A stretch of 64,000 nucleotides of DNA, from positions 14,254-78,253 of the forward strand of contig MFKU01000010.1 of the NCBI GenBank assembly GCA_001781095.1. Direction: 5' to 3'. This document shows positions 36,126-46,349 of this stretch, piece by piece (position 1 is the stretch's first letter; the number at the start of each line of letters is the position of its first letter). The position numbers and the translations under genes were made by a program. The notes below the pieces were generated by a model that was not told where the DNA came from, did no database searches, and saw only the letters and a program-made list of their open reading frames with translations. The DNA comes from Candidatus Kaiserbacteria bacterium RIFCSPHIGHO2_01_FULL_53_31 (GTDB taxonomy: Bacteria; Patescibacteriota; Minisyncoccia; Phycocordibacterales; Phycocordibacteraceae).

Positions 36126-36380
36126 ATGAAGAGACCTATGCGACGCCGGCGAATGGCAAGAGGAGCTCTCAAGAAATATCTTGAAGGACGATTGACTCCG
36201 TACATTAACAGGATATGCAAGACCGTTGTCGAGAACGGAAAGGCTTCTACCCAGGCGACGCTGGCGGTCACACAGCTCGTGCACGATAGCATCGCTCAAA
36301 TCAGGGTCTATAGCATGGTGACCAAAGGGATGCGGCGCGCGACCCGCGAACAGAAGCGCCTGAAGGAAGCACTCCACTAA
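36126..36380 (+). CDS. small basic hypothetical protein (84 aa), SD-led
   Basis: AAAGGAGGT 6 nt upstream of the ATG. Confidence 0.5.
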   Translation: MKRPMRRRRMARGALKKYLEGRLTPYINRICKTVVENGKASTQATLAVTQLVHDSIAQIRVYSMVTKGMRRATREQKRLKEALH

Positions 36381-36404
36381 CAGAAGCGATAGAGGAGGTG
36401 TGGC

Positions 36405-36470
36405 ATGTGGCGATTACTCGTTGTGTTGCTTCTGGGAATATTGTGGCTTCTGCATGTCCCGGAAGCGTGA
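36405..36470 (+). CDS. 21-aa hydrophobic peptide, SD-led
   Basis: AGGAGGTG then ATG: MWRLLVVLLLGILWLLHVPEA. Confidence 0.3.
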   Translation: MWRLLVVLLLGILWLLHVPEA

Positions 36471-36604
36471 GCTATTCGCTCGGCAGGTGAACCCTGCCGA
36501 GCGAATTCTGTCATTGTTGTTGAAGCTTGCTATTTCACACGTGAAAGATATAGTGCTGAACGGACCGCGTTCACAAAAAACAGACCAGAACCGAGGAGGT
36601 GGTC

Positions 36605-36895
36605 ATGTGTGAGGAAATGGGCAACAAGAATAACGGGTACACGCGAGATCTCGCGACAGAGATCGCGCAGGATCTCGACATTCCCGTAGATAGCGTGCTG
36701 ACAGCGCTTGGACTGAAATACGATGTCGAGGATGTCATCATCAGACGGAATCTCGACCGAGCGACGACGAAAGAAAAGGTGCGAGCGCTGCACGAGAGTT
36801 GTCGGCGCGGTAGCGAGACCGAATCAGTCGCTATCCGCAGATTCGCCGATGTCGTCCTAAAACAAGAGGCCGCGCTTCGAGGCGCATGTCTCTGA
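36605..36895 (+). CDS. small hypothetical protein (96 aa), SD-led
   Basis: GAGGAGGTGG 5 nt upstream of ATG (MCEEMGNKNNGY...). Confidence 0.5.
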   Translation: MCEEMGNKNNGYTRDLATEIAQDLDIPVDSVLTALGLKYDVEDVIIRRNLDRATTKEKVRALHESCRRGSETESVAIRRFADVVLKQEAALRGACL

Positions 36896-36911
36896 AAGGA
36901 GGGTTAGGGGA

Positions 36912-37097
36912 ATGTACCAAACACACGAAGATACGAAACGGCGGATTCTCAGAGGCAAGCTAGCGCTTGCGCGTAGCGTCCGAAAGGCTGCGTATGAGGC
37001 AAGTTCGGGCATTATCTACAACCTCGAGGTCGAGCTACGGCTACTCGGAAACGGTCTGACGAGACCGCGTGCACGAAACAAACGGAAAACGGACTAG
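36912..37097 (+). CDS. small basic hypothetical protein (61 aa), SD-led
   Basis: AAAGGAGGG upstream of the ATG. Confidence 0.45.
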   Translation: MYQTHEDTKRRILRGKLALARSVRKAAYEASSGIIYNLEVELRLLGNGLTRPRARNKRKTD

Positions 37098-37154
37098 AAC
37101 CGGATCGGCGTTCGTATCACTGCGTACGCCGACCCTCACCATTTTATCGGCGGG

Positions 37155-37379
37155 GTGGTGTATGATCACATCTGGAGGAAAATTGCTATGATTCTGACAC
37201 GAACAGAGCGAAGACCATTCATCAAACCCAGCAATCGGTTCTCCCGGCGTCACCAGCTGCTCATTCTCAATCTGCCAAAGGTCCCACTCCAGGATCGTTT
37301 GCGCGCAGTAGGCATCGTAGTCTGGAACAAGCTTCGCGTTCGTTGGGACAGCCTCATGTGCGCGCTCGGTTGGAGTTGA
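37155..37379 (+). CDS. small hypothetical protein (74 aa)
   Basis: Last ORF before the cassette terminator; weaker SD (GGGGTGGTG). Confidence 0.35.
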   Translation: MVYDHIWRKIAMILTRTERRPFIKPSNRFSRRHQLLILNLPKVPLQDRLRAVGIVVWNKLRVRWDSLMCALGWS

Positions 37380-37395
37380 ACCGGTATAGGCTCAC

Positions 37396-37433
37396 GGAAG
37401 GCCCTCGGGACACCGTGGGCTTTCCTTTTTTGT
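37396..37433 (+). terminator. strong rho-independent terminator ending the small-ORF cassette
   Basis: GGAAGGCCC...GGGCTTTCC followed by TTTTTTGTT. Confidence 0.65.
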
Positions 37434-37580
37434 TGGCAACAATAATTATCCCCACCCAACTTGCGTCTTATCGGCATTTCTGTCATACTAATCTCACTCG
37501 CAGAGTATTAGAGCTTCGCAGCGTCCACAAGACCTCAAAGTGTTCAGTTTCGGCGAGGTTAATTAAGTTAAATCCAATTC

Positions 37581-37940
37581 ATGGACACAGCATCAGTACA
37601 GGGAAACAAGCTTTACGTAGGCGGTATTCCCTATCGCTCGACAGAAGACGATATGAAAAAGGCCTTTAGCGAGGCTGGTACAGTCGTTTCTGCGAGCATT
37701 ATTAGCGATCGTATGACCGGCCGCTCACGCGGTTTCGGCTTCGTCGAGATGGCCTCCGAAGCAGAGGCGCAAGCGGCGATCGATCGTTGGGACGGCAAGG
37801 AGATGGACGGGCGGACGCTCTCAGTATCCTTCGCTCGCCCGCAGGGTGATAGACCTCCTCGTCGCGAAGGCGGCTTTGGTGGTAGTGATCGCGGCGGCTA
37901 CGGCGGTGGCAACGGCGGATACGGTCGCGGCGGATATTAA
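37581..37940 (+). CDS. RRM-type RNA-binding protein with Gly/Arg-rich tail
   Basis: RNP2 LYVGGI, RNP1 RGFGFVEM, C-terminal GGYGGGNGGYGRGGY. Confidence 0.85.
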   Translation: MDTASVQGNKLYVGGIPYRSTEDDMKKAFSEAGTVVSASIISDRMTGRSRGFGFVEMASEAEAQAAIDRWDGKEMDGRTLSVSFARPQGDRPPRREGGFGGSDRGGYGGGNGGYGRGGY

Positions 37941-38011
37941 TCTCTCGTCGAGATAGCACAATGCTCGCTCCGAAAGGGGCGGGCGTTTTGCATATATGCT
38001 AGCGTCTGCAC

Positions 38012-38746
38012 ATGACTCGTGATGAGAAGTGGCTGCTCGATGAAAAATATCTCGGCAGAGAAACGCCGGAATATTTTGGGGACAAGAGGCGGCTCGCCAC
38101 GGGCGAGCCGCTCGCCTACGTCATCGGCTGGCAACCATTTCTAGGTCTTAAAATCTACCTCGACTCCCGTCCGCTCATCCCCCGCCCCGAGACCGAATGG
38201 TGGACTGAAGGACTTCTGAAGAAAATGTCGGGGAGTGAACGACCAACTGTGTTTCTTGATCTTTGCGCTGGTTCGGGCGCGATTGGGTGTGCTGTGTTGA
38301 AAAATATTCAGGACGCGCAGGTCTACTTCGGTGAGATTGACCCCGCACATGAGGCAACTATTTTTAAAAACATACGAGGAAATAATCTCGATGAGTCCCG
38401 CGCTCATTTCGGCATCGGCGATCTCTTTCAACCGTTGAAGGATTTGAGATTTGACGTTATAGCCGTCAATCCTCCCTATATCCCGATAAATCGCGAGCTG
38501 CCTGCGAGCGTAACTGACTACGAACCGGCGCGCGCGCTCTACGCCGGAACTGACGGACTAGATATCATCCGCAAAATTGCCACGGAACTTCGCGCCTATC
38601 TTACACGCGGTGGCACCGCATGGATTGAATGCGACAGCGCTCACGCTGAAGCCGCTCGCGCTCTGTTTCTGAAACAAGAATTCCGCGCCGTCATAAAGGA
38701 CGACCAGTTCGGCGTACCACGAGTCGTGGAAGTGAGTTACTCATGA
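38012..38746 (+). CDS. prmC: HemK/PrmC-family protein-(glutamine-N5) methyltransferase
   Basis: NPPY motif (VNPPYIP); SAM-binding fold. Confidence 0.7.
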   Translation: MTRDEKWLLDEKYLGRETPEYFGDKRRLATGEPLAYVIGWQPFLGLKIYLDSRPLIPRPETEWWTEGLLKKMSGSERPTVFLDLCAGSGAIGCAVLKNIQDAQVYFGEIDPAHEATIFKNIRGNNLDESRAHFGIGDLFQPLKDLRFDVIAVNPPYIPINRELPASVTDYEPARALYAGTDGLDIIRKIATELRAYLTRGGTAWIECDSAHAEAARALFLKQEFRAVIKDDQFGVPRVVEVSYS

Positions 38747-38758
38747 TAAAATCTCAGC

Positions 38759-39994
38759 ATGTCTGAACCGCTTTCAACTGAACCCTATAAAGGCGTCCGC
38801 GATTTTTATCCCACCGACTGGGCACGGCTTCAGACGATATTCACTCGCATTCGCGAGACGCTCGCCCTCTGGGGGTATGAGGAATACAACGCTTCCCCGC
38901 TCGAGCGCGCCGAGCTCTATGGGGCGAAGACTTCGGAGGAAATTGTAAGCGAGCAGACCTATACCTTTACCGATCGCGGCGACCGCCGTGTTACGCTCCG
39001 CCCGGAGATGACTCCGACCTTGGCCCGCATGGTCGCCGCGAAGCGCCGAGAGATGCCCTTCCCGCTTCGCTGGTTCTCGATTCCAAATATCTTCCGCTAT
39101 GAACGCCCTCAGAAGGGCCGCCTGCGCGAGCACTATCAGCTCAATGTCGACCTCGTCGGTATCGCGAGTAGTGAAGTAGATATCGAGATCGTCAAGATCG
39201 CTTCTGAAATAGTGCGGGCGTTCGGTGCGAAGGAGAGTGACTTCACCATTCGCGTTAATTCTCGTGCACTCCTCACCGCCGCCTGTACTGCCGCTCTGCT
39301 CGACGCCGATGCGACGCGCGCATACCTGCACCTGCTCGACAAGAAATCGAAGATGCCGGCCGAAGAATTCAATGCGGCGCGTGAGGCTATCACGACGACT
39401 GACCCGCTTCCACTCATCGATTCCACCGAGATAGAATCATTCGTCGCGACGCTTAAGGAACACGGAATCGGTAATGCCGTTTTCGATTCGACACTCACGC
39501 GCGGGTTCGATTACTACACGGGCGTCGTGTTCGAAATTTTTGATACTGATCCAGCGAATCCCCGCTCCATATTCGGAGGCGGTCGCTTCGACAAGCTGGT
39601 TGCCCTTTTCGGCGGCGATCCTATTCCCGCAGTCGGATTCGGCATGGGCGATGTGACGTTTGCTGATTTCCTCGAGACGCATGGGCTCACGCCGAGCGAA
39701 GCCGGCAAACGACCGCAGCTCTACATTGGTACTCCCAATTTAAGCAATATACCTGCTGCACAAGCATTCGCCGATATGCTGCGTGCGCAAGGCGTGCGAG
39801 TATTCGTCAATCTAAGCGAGCGCGCTCTCGGCGACCAGATTAAAGATGCCGTGAAGCGCAACATTCCACTCTTCATAGCCTATGGTGCTGACGAGGTCGC
39901 GAGTGGCACCGTAAAATTGAAAACACTCGCGATGAGCGAAGAAATTTCTATTCCGATGTCAGAACTCGCCTCGAAAATCCAAAGTAGCAATTGA
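38759..39994 (+). CDS. hisS: histidyl-tRNA synthetase
   Basis: KGVRDFYP, FRYERPQKGRLREHYQLNVDLVG; class II with anticodon-binding domain. Confidence 0.92.
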   Translation: MSEPLSTEPYKGVRDFYPTDWARLQTIFTRIRETLALWGYEEYNASPLERAELYGAKTSEEIVSEQTYTFTDRGDRRVTLRPEMTPTLARMVAAKRREMPFPLRWFSIPNIFRYERPQKGRLREHYQLNVDLVGIASSEVDIEIVKIASEIVRAFGAKESDFTIRVNSRALLTAACTAALLDADATRAYLHLLDKKSKMPAEEFNAAREAITTTDPLPLIDSTEIESFVATLKEHGIGNAVFDSTLTRGFDYYTGVVFEIFDTDPANPRSIFGGGRFDKLVALFGGDPIPAVGFGMGDVTFADFLETHGLTPSEAGKRPQLYIGTPNLSNIPAAQAFADMLRAQGVRVFVNLSERALGDQIKDAVKRNIPLFIAYGADEVASGTVKLKTLAMSEEISIPMSELASKIQSSN

Positions 39995-39996
39995 AC

Positions 39997-40578
39997 ATGC
40001 GTGCTATCACCTTCGACATCGAATCCATTTCAAACTCGTCCGTGCGGGGGCATGTCGATGTCAACGAGCAAGAGCTCACCGTCGTGGCAATTCACGATTC
40101 TCTCACCAACGAATATTCTTCGTATTTTAAAGAACAACTGCACCTCCTGTGGCCAACGCTTGAACGAGCCGACCTCTTGATTGGATTCAATTCCAACACA
40201 TTCGATATTCCGCTTCTGAATCGATATTACCCGGGTGACCTCACTCACTTCCCCTCACTCGACCTGCTCCTTGAGGTGCAGAAAGTTCTTGGTCGTCGCA
40301 TTCGGCTACAATCCCTCGCCGAAGCAACCCTCGGACGCGGGAAGAAGGGCGACGGGCTCAAGGCGGGCGAATGGTGGAAGGGGGGGGAAAGAGACAAGGT
40401 ACGCGAATATTGCATCGAAGACGTGCGCCTCACGCACGATCTCTACGACTACGCACTTAAACACGGAGTCCTCAAGTATAAAGATCTGCGCGATATTCGT
40501 GACATCAAGCTCGACACCTCCGGATGGGATACGGCGGCCGCGACATCCCCGACAATGACCCATGCCCTTCCCTTATGA
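39997..40578 (+). CDS. DEDDy-type 3'-5' exonuclease domain protein
   Basis: Exo I FDIES, Exo II FNSNTFDIP, Exo III YCIEDVRLTHDLY. Confidence 0.65.
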   Translation: MRAITFDIESISNSSVRGHVDVNEQELTVVAIHDSLTNEYSSYFKEQLHLLWPTLERADLLIGFNSNTFDIPLLNRYYPGDLTHFPSLDLLLEVQKVLGRRIRLQSLAEATLGRGKKGDGLKAGEWWKGGERDKVREYCIEDVRLTHDLYDYALKHGVLKYKDLRDIRDIKLDTSGWDTAAATSPTMTHALPL

Positions 40579-41249
40579 GATCGACTTACACCATTCCGGT
40601 CGCAATTGTACTCGGCGGCGTTATCGTTGCGGTAGCAGTCTATTTCTCCATTGCGCGTCCTTTCCCTAAAACCAGCTCCGGCACCGGTAATCCGGCGCTG
40701 GTGCGTCCGGTCGGTACGAGCGATCACATTCTCGGGAGCCCCACCGCGCCCGTGATGATTGTCGAATATTCTGACTTCGACTGCGACTATTGCAAAGGTT
40801 TCCACGCCGTACTGCACCAGATCATTGCGAACGAGGGTGCGCAGGGGCAAGTCGCGTGGGTGTTTCGTGAATTCCCGCTAACTGAAATTCATGCGAATGC
40901 GATGAAACATGCCGAAGCGGCCGAGTGCGTCGCGAAGGTTAGCGGCAATGATGCATTTTGGAAATTCGCGGATGTACTCTTCGCGAATCAGCCGGTTGAT
41001 CCCTCGCGCTACTGGGAGTTCGCAGCGAGAGCGGGCGTTTCGGGAGATGCATTCGCCACCTGCTTCGCGGAGGCTGCAACAAGAGTCGACATGCGCATCA
41101 CTGCCGATCGTCAGAATGCACTTGATACCGGTGCCATCGGCACCCCTTACTCCCTTATTCTCGTGCAAGGTAAAGTACCGATAGTTATTGACCAAGCGTT
41201 CTCCTACGACGACCTGAAGCTCCTCATCGATCAAACTCTCGGCAAATAA
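40575..41249 (+). CDS. DsbA-like thiol:disulfide oxidoreductase, membrane-anchored
   Basis: N-terminal TM, CDYC active site in a thioredoxin fold; ATGA overlap with the upstream gene. Confidence 0.7.
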   Translation: MRSTYTIPVAIVLGGVIVAVAVYFSIARPFPKTSSGTGNPALVRPVGTSDHILGSPTAPVMIVEYSDFDCDYCKGFHAVLHQIIANEGAQGQVAWVFREFPLTEIHANAMKHAEAAECVAKVSGNDAFWKFADVLFANQPVDPSRYWEFAARAGVSGDAFATCFAEAATRVDMRITADRQNALDTGAIGTPYSLILVQGKVPIVIDQAFSYDDLKLLIDQTLGK

Positions 41250-42095
41250 CTATTCTTCCACGAGACGCAAGCGATACATATTAAAAGAGTCCTCGCCTTC
41301 GAACATGTCAGAAGGGTTTGGCAGGAACACGCGACGGCTCGAGAGCTCCTTCGTGGCGTCATTCACGAGTCGGCGAAATACTTCAAACTCCTCCTTTACA
41401 TTTTCGTACTCAAGCACATAGCGTCGCATCTGTGACGAGCCATCAGCATTCCTCCTCTTCTTGCATTCATAGACAATGAACCGCCGAACCGGTCGGTCGA
41501 ACATCTCGCGCACGGTGTAATAGTTGAAAATAGCCTGCAGGATAAATAGCGGCTTCCCTGCGCCACTTTTACTAAACGCATCGACGAATTTGTGGTCCAC
41601 GATGTCGACCGCACTCGAGTCCCCGCGCGACTCCACTACTAAATCCGAAATAGCCTTTATTGGCAGCGCAAGCCCTTCAACCGATACGACTCCCGATATC
41701 TCGACACCCAACACCTTGTGCTTCGGAGCCCGCATTAAGTAAAAGCCGACAGCCTGCAAATAATCCTTCTCCATCGCTGCACGCTTCGTTTTCTTCGCTC
41801 TTACCGACTTCGCCTTGCCGAAATTGATTTCAAAATCCGCAACCGAACGCAGGTATTCAAGCCCGAGGCGTTTAGCCATCTCTTTATCCGCGCCACTATA
41901 GAAATGCTGGAGAGCGATGTGGCCGGCGCGCCCAATAATCCCAGCTGGTCCAGACGGCGTGTCGTAAATCTTCTCTACGTACCGCTTGTACCACGCTAAG
42001 GGATTTCTCAGAAACGCCATCAATGACGAATGGCTCCAATGCTCGATTGGAAGTTTTGACTTTCTCTTGCCATGCTTTCTTTTTGCGGTAGCCAT
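41250..42095 (-). CDS. RecB-family PD-(D/E)XK nuclease (no Fe-S cluster)
   Basis: ISDLVVES ... VDIVDHK ... QAIFNYY motifs. Confidence 0.55.
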   Translation of the reverse strand: MATAKRKHGKRKSKLPIEHWSHSSLMAFLRNPLAWYKRYVEKIYDTPSGPAGIIGRAGHIALQHFYSGADKEMAKRLGLEYLRSVADFEINFGKAKSVRAKKTKRAAMEKDYLQAVGFYLMRAPKHKVLGVEISGVVSVEGLALPIKAISDLVVESRGDSSAVDIVDHKFVDAFSKSGAGKPLFILQAIFNYYTVREMFDRPVRRFIVYECKKRRNADGSSQMRRYVLEYENVKEEFEVFRRLVNDATKELSSRRVFLPNPSDMFEGEDSFNMYRLRLVEE

Positions 42096-42205
42096 ACCGC
42101 TCTATTGTACGTGAAAACTAATACGGCTTCAGGTGGCTGGCTTTGTCGTGGACGACATTGTTTGATTATGAAGCACGAATTAGAAAACAAGAAGTACTGA
42201 GAAAG

Positions 42206-43414
<1,209 letters not shown>

Positions 43415-43444
43415 ATGGAATGCTATGTATTAGAAAAATGTGAA

Positions 43445-45139
43445 TTAAGTTCCGATGAAGGAGAGTCGAACTGATAGCGCCGCACACACCGCTTGTGCAC
43501 CGGCGACTGCGGCCGCATCTCCCGCGGCTTCTGCTCTGCGTAAATCCTCTACTGCTTTTTGATACGCCTCGCGGATAACCGCTGATTCAAAGGCGTGCAG
43601 AAGTTCGTCCGCCGCCGTCTCTAACGGGTCCTCGCCGCATGCTTGTTCCGCCTCAAATACGGCAGACTCGGGGAGGGTCTCGAGAGGAGGCACCTGAACT
43701 CCAGTAATTCGAGCGTACTCTGCTTCTATACGTCTGGCAAGGGGGGTATCGGGATAAGCGCAGAGTGCACCAAGGAGTTGCAGCTCGCGCGTCTCACGTG
43801 CAGAGGTGCGAGGTGTGAGGTTTGAAATGCGAGAAGACGTGCCATCATCCCTCATGCCTCGCACCTCATGCCTCGTATGTGAAAGCGTTTCGCGAACCGC
43901 TTCGGTCGAGAGTCCGAGCGAGCGAGCCGCAACCTGCAAGAAATGTTCGCGCTCCATCGGGCTCTTCATCGCGGCGATGAGAGGCAACACGACCGTCTCG
44001 GCCGTGCGCACCAATCGATGAGGATCAGCTTCTTTTTCAGAAAGTACCGAAAGAAAAAATTCGACAATGGGTTTCGCCGCTTTCACTCGTGCTGAAAAAT
44101 CATTGTGATCTTCAGAAATTAGATCTGCCGGATCTTTTCCTTGTGGGAGTCGTACCGCCTTGACTCGCAATCCTTCGCGAAGTGCGAGTTGCGCCGACTT
44201 CGCCGTCGCGGCGAGCCCCGCGGTATCGGCGTCGAGCACGAGCATCAAGTTCTCGCTGTAGCGCTTCATGAGCGCCACATGCTTCTCCGTGAGTGCCGTA
44301 CCAGAGAGTGCCACAGCATTCTCAAAGCCAGCTTGGTGCGCGTGGAGCACATCCATCTGACCCTCGACAAGGAGTGTGAATCCCCGCGTGCGAATCGCAT
44401 CCTTCGCTCGATCAAGTGCGAAAAGAATTTCAGACTTATGATAGAGCGCGGTCTCAGGACTATTTAAATATTTCGCTGGTTCGTCTGCCGACAAAGCTCT
44501 GCCAGTAAAGGCGACGACACGCCCGACAACATCACGTATCGGGAACATCAGCCGATTGCGAAAGCGATCATAATAGGTGCCCTTTTTCCCATCGGCCTCT
44601 TTAATTAATCCTGCAGCGAGCAATTCTTCAATAGTGAAATTCTCCGCCGTCATTGCTTCAAGCAATGCGCGCCACGCATCGGGCGCATAGCCAAGACCCC
44701 AGATCGTACGCGTATCATCCGCGAGTCCGCGACTCTTTGCATATGCCTTAGCAATACTCTCGGGAAAATTTCCCTCATACCACCTCGCCGCCCGTTGCAT
44801 TACCTCTCGCAGCCGTTCTTTCTTCGACGTCGCCTCGTCGCCCGCTTTACCCCGAGCGAAGTCGAGGAGCACTCCCGCCTTTTCTGCGAGAATCTTCAGT
44901 GCACCTTTAAAGTCAACCCCATCAATTTTCTGAACAAACGAAAATATGTCGCCGCCCTCGTCACAGCCGAAGCAATGCCACGACCCGCGCTCCACGCTCA
45001 CGTGGAAACTGGGCGTCTTCTCTTTATGAAAGGGGCACAATCCCATCATCGACTTCCCTGCCCGCACGAGCTTCACGTGCGGACTGACGATATCGATAAT
45101 CGAGAGACGGTCTTTAATCTCGGAAACAGAGTCAGTCAT
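43445..45139 (-). CDS. dnaG: DNA primase
   Basis: Zinc ribbon CPFHKEKTPSFHV...CFGC, TOPRIM domain. Confidence 0.92.
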   Translation of the reverse strand: MTDSVSEIKDRLSIIDIVSPHVKLVRAGKSMMGLCPFHKEKTPSFHVSVERGSWHCFGCDEGGDIFSFVQKIDGVDFKGALKILAEKAGVLLDFARGKAGDEATSKKERLREVMQRAARWYEGNFPESIAKAYAKSRGLADDTRTIWGLGYAPDAWRALLEAMTAENFTIEELLAAGLIKEADGKKGTYYDRFRNRLMFPIRDVVGRVVAFTGRALSADEPAKYLNSPETALYHKSEILFALDRAKDAIRTRGFTLLVEGQMDVLHAHQAGFENAVALSGTALTEKHVALMKRYSENLMLVLDADTAGLAATAKSAQLALREGLRVKAVRLPQGKDPADLISEDHNDFSARVKAAKPIVEFFLSVLSEKEADPHRLVRTAETVVLPLIAAMKSPMEREHFLQVAARSLGLSTEAVRETLSHTRHEVRGMRDDGTSSRISNLTPRTSARETRELQLLGALCAYPDTPLARRIEAEYARITGVQVPPLETLPESAVFEAEQACGEDPLETAADELLHAFESAVIREAYQKAVEDLRRAEAAGDAAAVAGAQAVCAALSVRLSFIGT

Positions 45140-45230
45140 GCAGCCAGTCTACCGCGCCGCAAAAGCATTTGACAACAGCCGTCCGTATGTTAATGTGCTT
45201 GCGGGGTTGAGATCCTAAAGGAGGTTACAT

Positions 45231-45413
45231 ATGATGAGTAGAAGAAAACGTTTTATGCTCGTTTCTGGCGCACTGCTTGTTGGTGCGACCATCGGCATCG
45301 CACTCGACACCGTGACTGGGACTGACACTAGTCAGTTGGGATGGAGGTGGCTTGTTCATGACCTCTATCTCATGACGTGGGGTTCTGTCATCATGGCTGT
45401 GGTTCTCCGGTAA
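45231..45413 (+). CDS. small membrane hypothetical protein (60 aa), SD-led
   Basis: AAAGGAGGT 7 nt upstream of the ATG; two hydrophobic segments. Confidence 0.4.
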   Translation: MMSRRKRFMLVSGALLVGATIGIALDTVTGTDTSQLGWRWLVHDLYLMTWGSVIMAVVLR

Positions 45414-45437
45414 CCGGGGCTCTATCAACGAAACAGC

Positions 45438-45473
45438 AGGGCGAGAGGCCAGCGGGTCCCTCGCCCTTTTCCT
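45438..45473 (+). terminator. terminator hairpin followed by a separate perfect 19-bp palindrome (45473-45491)
   Basis: GGGCGAGAGG...CCTCGCCC then TTTTCCTG; then GAGGATATC-TGA-GATATCCTC. Confidence 0.45.
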
Positions 45474-45520
45474 GAGGATATCTGATATCCTCAAATAACT
45501 CCGAGTTTCCGCGTTGTTTA

Positions 45521-45583
45521 CTTTTTGTAATGAATTGTTAGAGCGTCCGGCTTGGACGGAAGCTGTAGCTCGTGCGTTCGGCG
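45521..45583. repeat. degenerate duplicate of the rpoC 3' end (direct repeat, copy A)
   Basis: 24/24 identity to 46334-46357 (spanning stop plus 16 nt of 3' UTR), then ~80 percent identity for ~40 nt; reads ...AERTSYSFRPSRTL* against the true rpoC ...AERTSFNIRPSRTL*. Confidence 0.75.
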
Positions 45584-45597
45584 GGAATACCGTGGCA

Positions 45598-45993
45598 TTA
45601 TCGCTTCTTAGCGTTTCTGGAGTGTGACTTGAGCCAGGTAGCAATTACCGCGGCCTCAATCTTATCGGTTGTCACAGACAATACAAACGTCTCAACTGCC
45701 TTGTTCGTCGCGGTCAATACATGTCCATTTACAAAGAGAAACCGCGCGCACGCGGCAATACCCGTTCTCTTATTTCCATCCACAAATACGTGATAATTAA
45801 CGACGGCTTCGAGATAGACTGCCGCCTTTATAAATAGGTCGGGGTAGAGGTCTCGCCCGCCGAACGTAGCGCGCGGCTTGTTGGCGGCTGCAGCCAGGAG
45901 ATGCGGATCACGGACGCCATGGGAGCCGCCGGTCGCATCGATAACCTCAGAGTGGATAACGAGAATCGACTCTGCGGTAAGATACCGAATCAT
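45598..45993 (-). CDS. doc: Doc-family (Fic fold) toxin
   Basis: Fic/Doc motif HVFVDGNKRTG. Confidence 0.8.
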   Translation of the reverse strand: MIRYLTAESILVIHSEVIDATGGSHGVRDPHLLAAAANKPRATFGGRDLYPDLFIKAAVYLEAVVNYHVFVDGNKRTGIAACARFLFVNGHVLTATNKAVETFVLSVTTDKIEAAVIATWLKSHSRNAKKR

Positions 45994-46229
45994 TTTTTTG
46001 CAAGTGCTTCAAGCGCAGGACGATATCGTTTAATGAAACGACTCGTCCAGTCGAGCAGCTCAGTATCGATCATAGGCGCAGGATGCGACACTAAAAACCG
46101 TCGATGCTTTTCATCAATATCAAGCGCAAGCGGAGTCCCATGCCTGATGCCGAGAGCCTTTAGGGACCGCCTCGGAATCACAACAGCAATTGACGAACCG
46201 ACCTTAATTGCTTTTTGAAATGTTGCCAT
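45990..46229 (-). CDS. AbrB/MazE-fold antitoxin (Phd-equivalent)
   Basis: KVGSSIAVVIPRRSLKALGI swapped-hairpin signature; 4-nt overlap with doc. Confidence 0.65.
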   Translation of the reverse strand: MATFQKAIKVGSSIAVVIPRRSLKALGIRHGTPLALDIDEKHRRFLVSHPAPMIDTELLDWTSRFIKRYRPALEALAKK

Positions 46230-46349
46230 TTTCGTAAAGATTATTGATTATAACGCCATTATAATCGTTTGGACTGAGATGTCAACCGCTTCTTAATCTC
46301 CTGTACCGTATCCCGCTCCTGCGATGTTGATCTTTTTTGTAATGAATTG

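Larger units (their letters stand above)
45584..46331. mobile_element. putative integrated toxin-antitoxin minicassette bounded by the rpoC 3'-end direct repeat
   Basis: Doc plus antitoxin lie between direct-repeat copies A and B; no integrase in the window. Confidence 0.45.

Noticed and set aside
36400-36612. 70-aa ORF starting MACGDYSLCC.
   Set aside because: It uses GTG 1 nt after the SD and is Cys/Phe-biased. The in-register ATG at 36405 with proper SD spacing encodes the 21-aa peptide. The next SD+ATG at 36605 starts a separate ORF.
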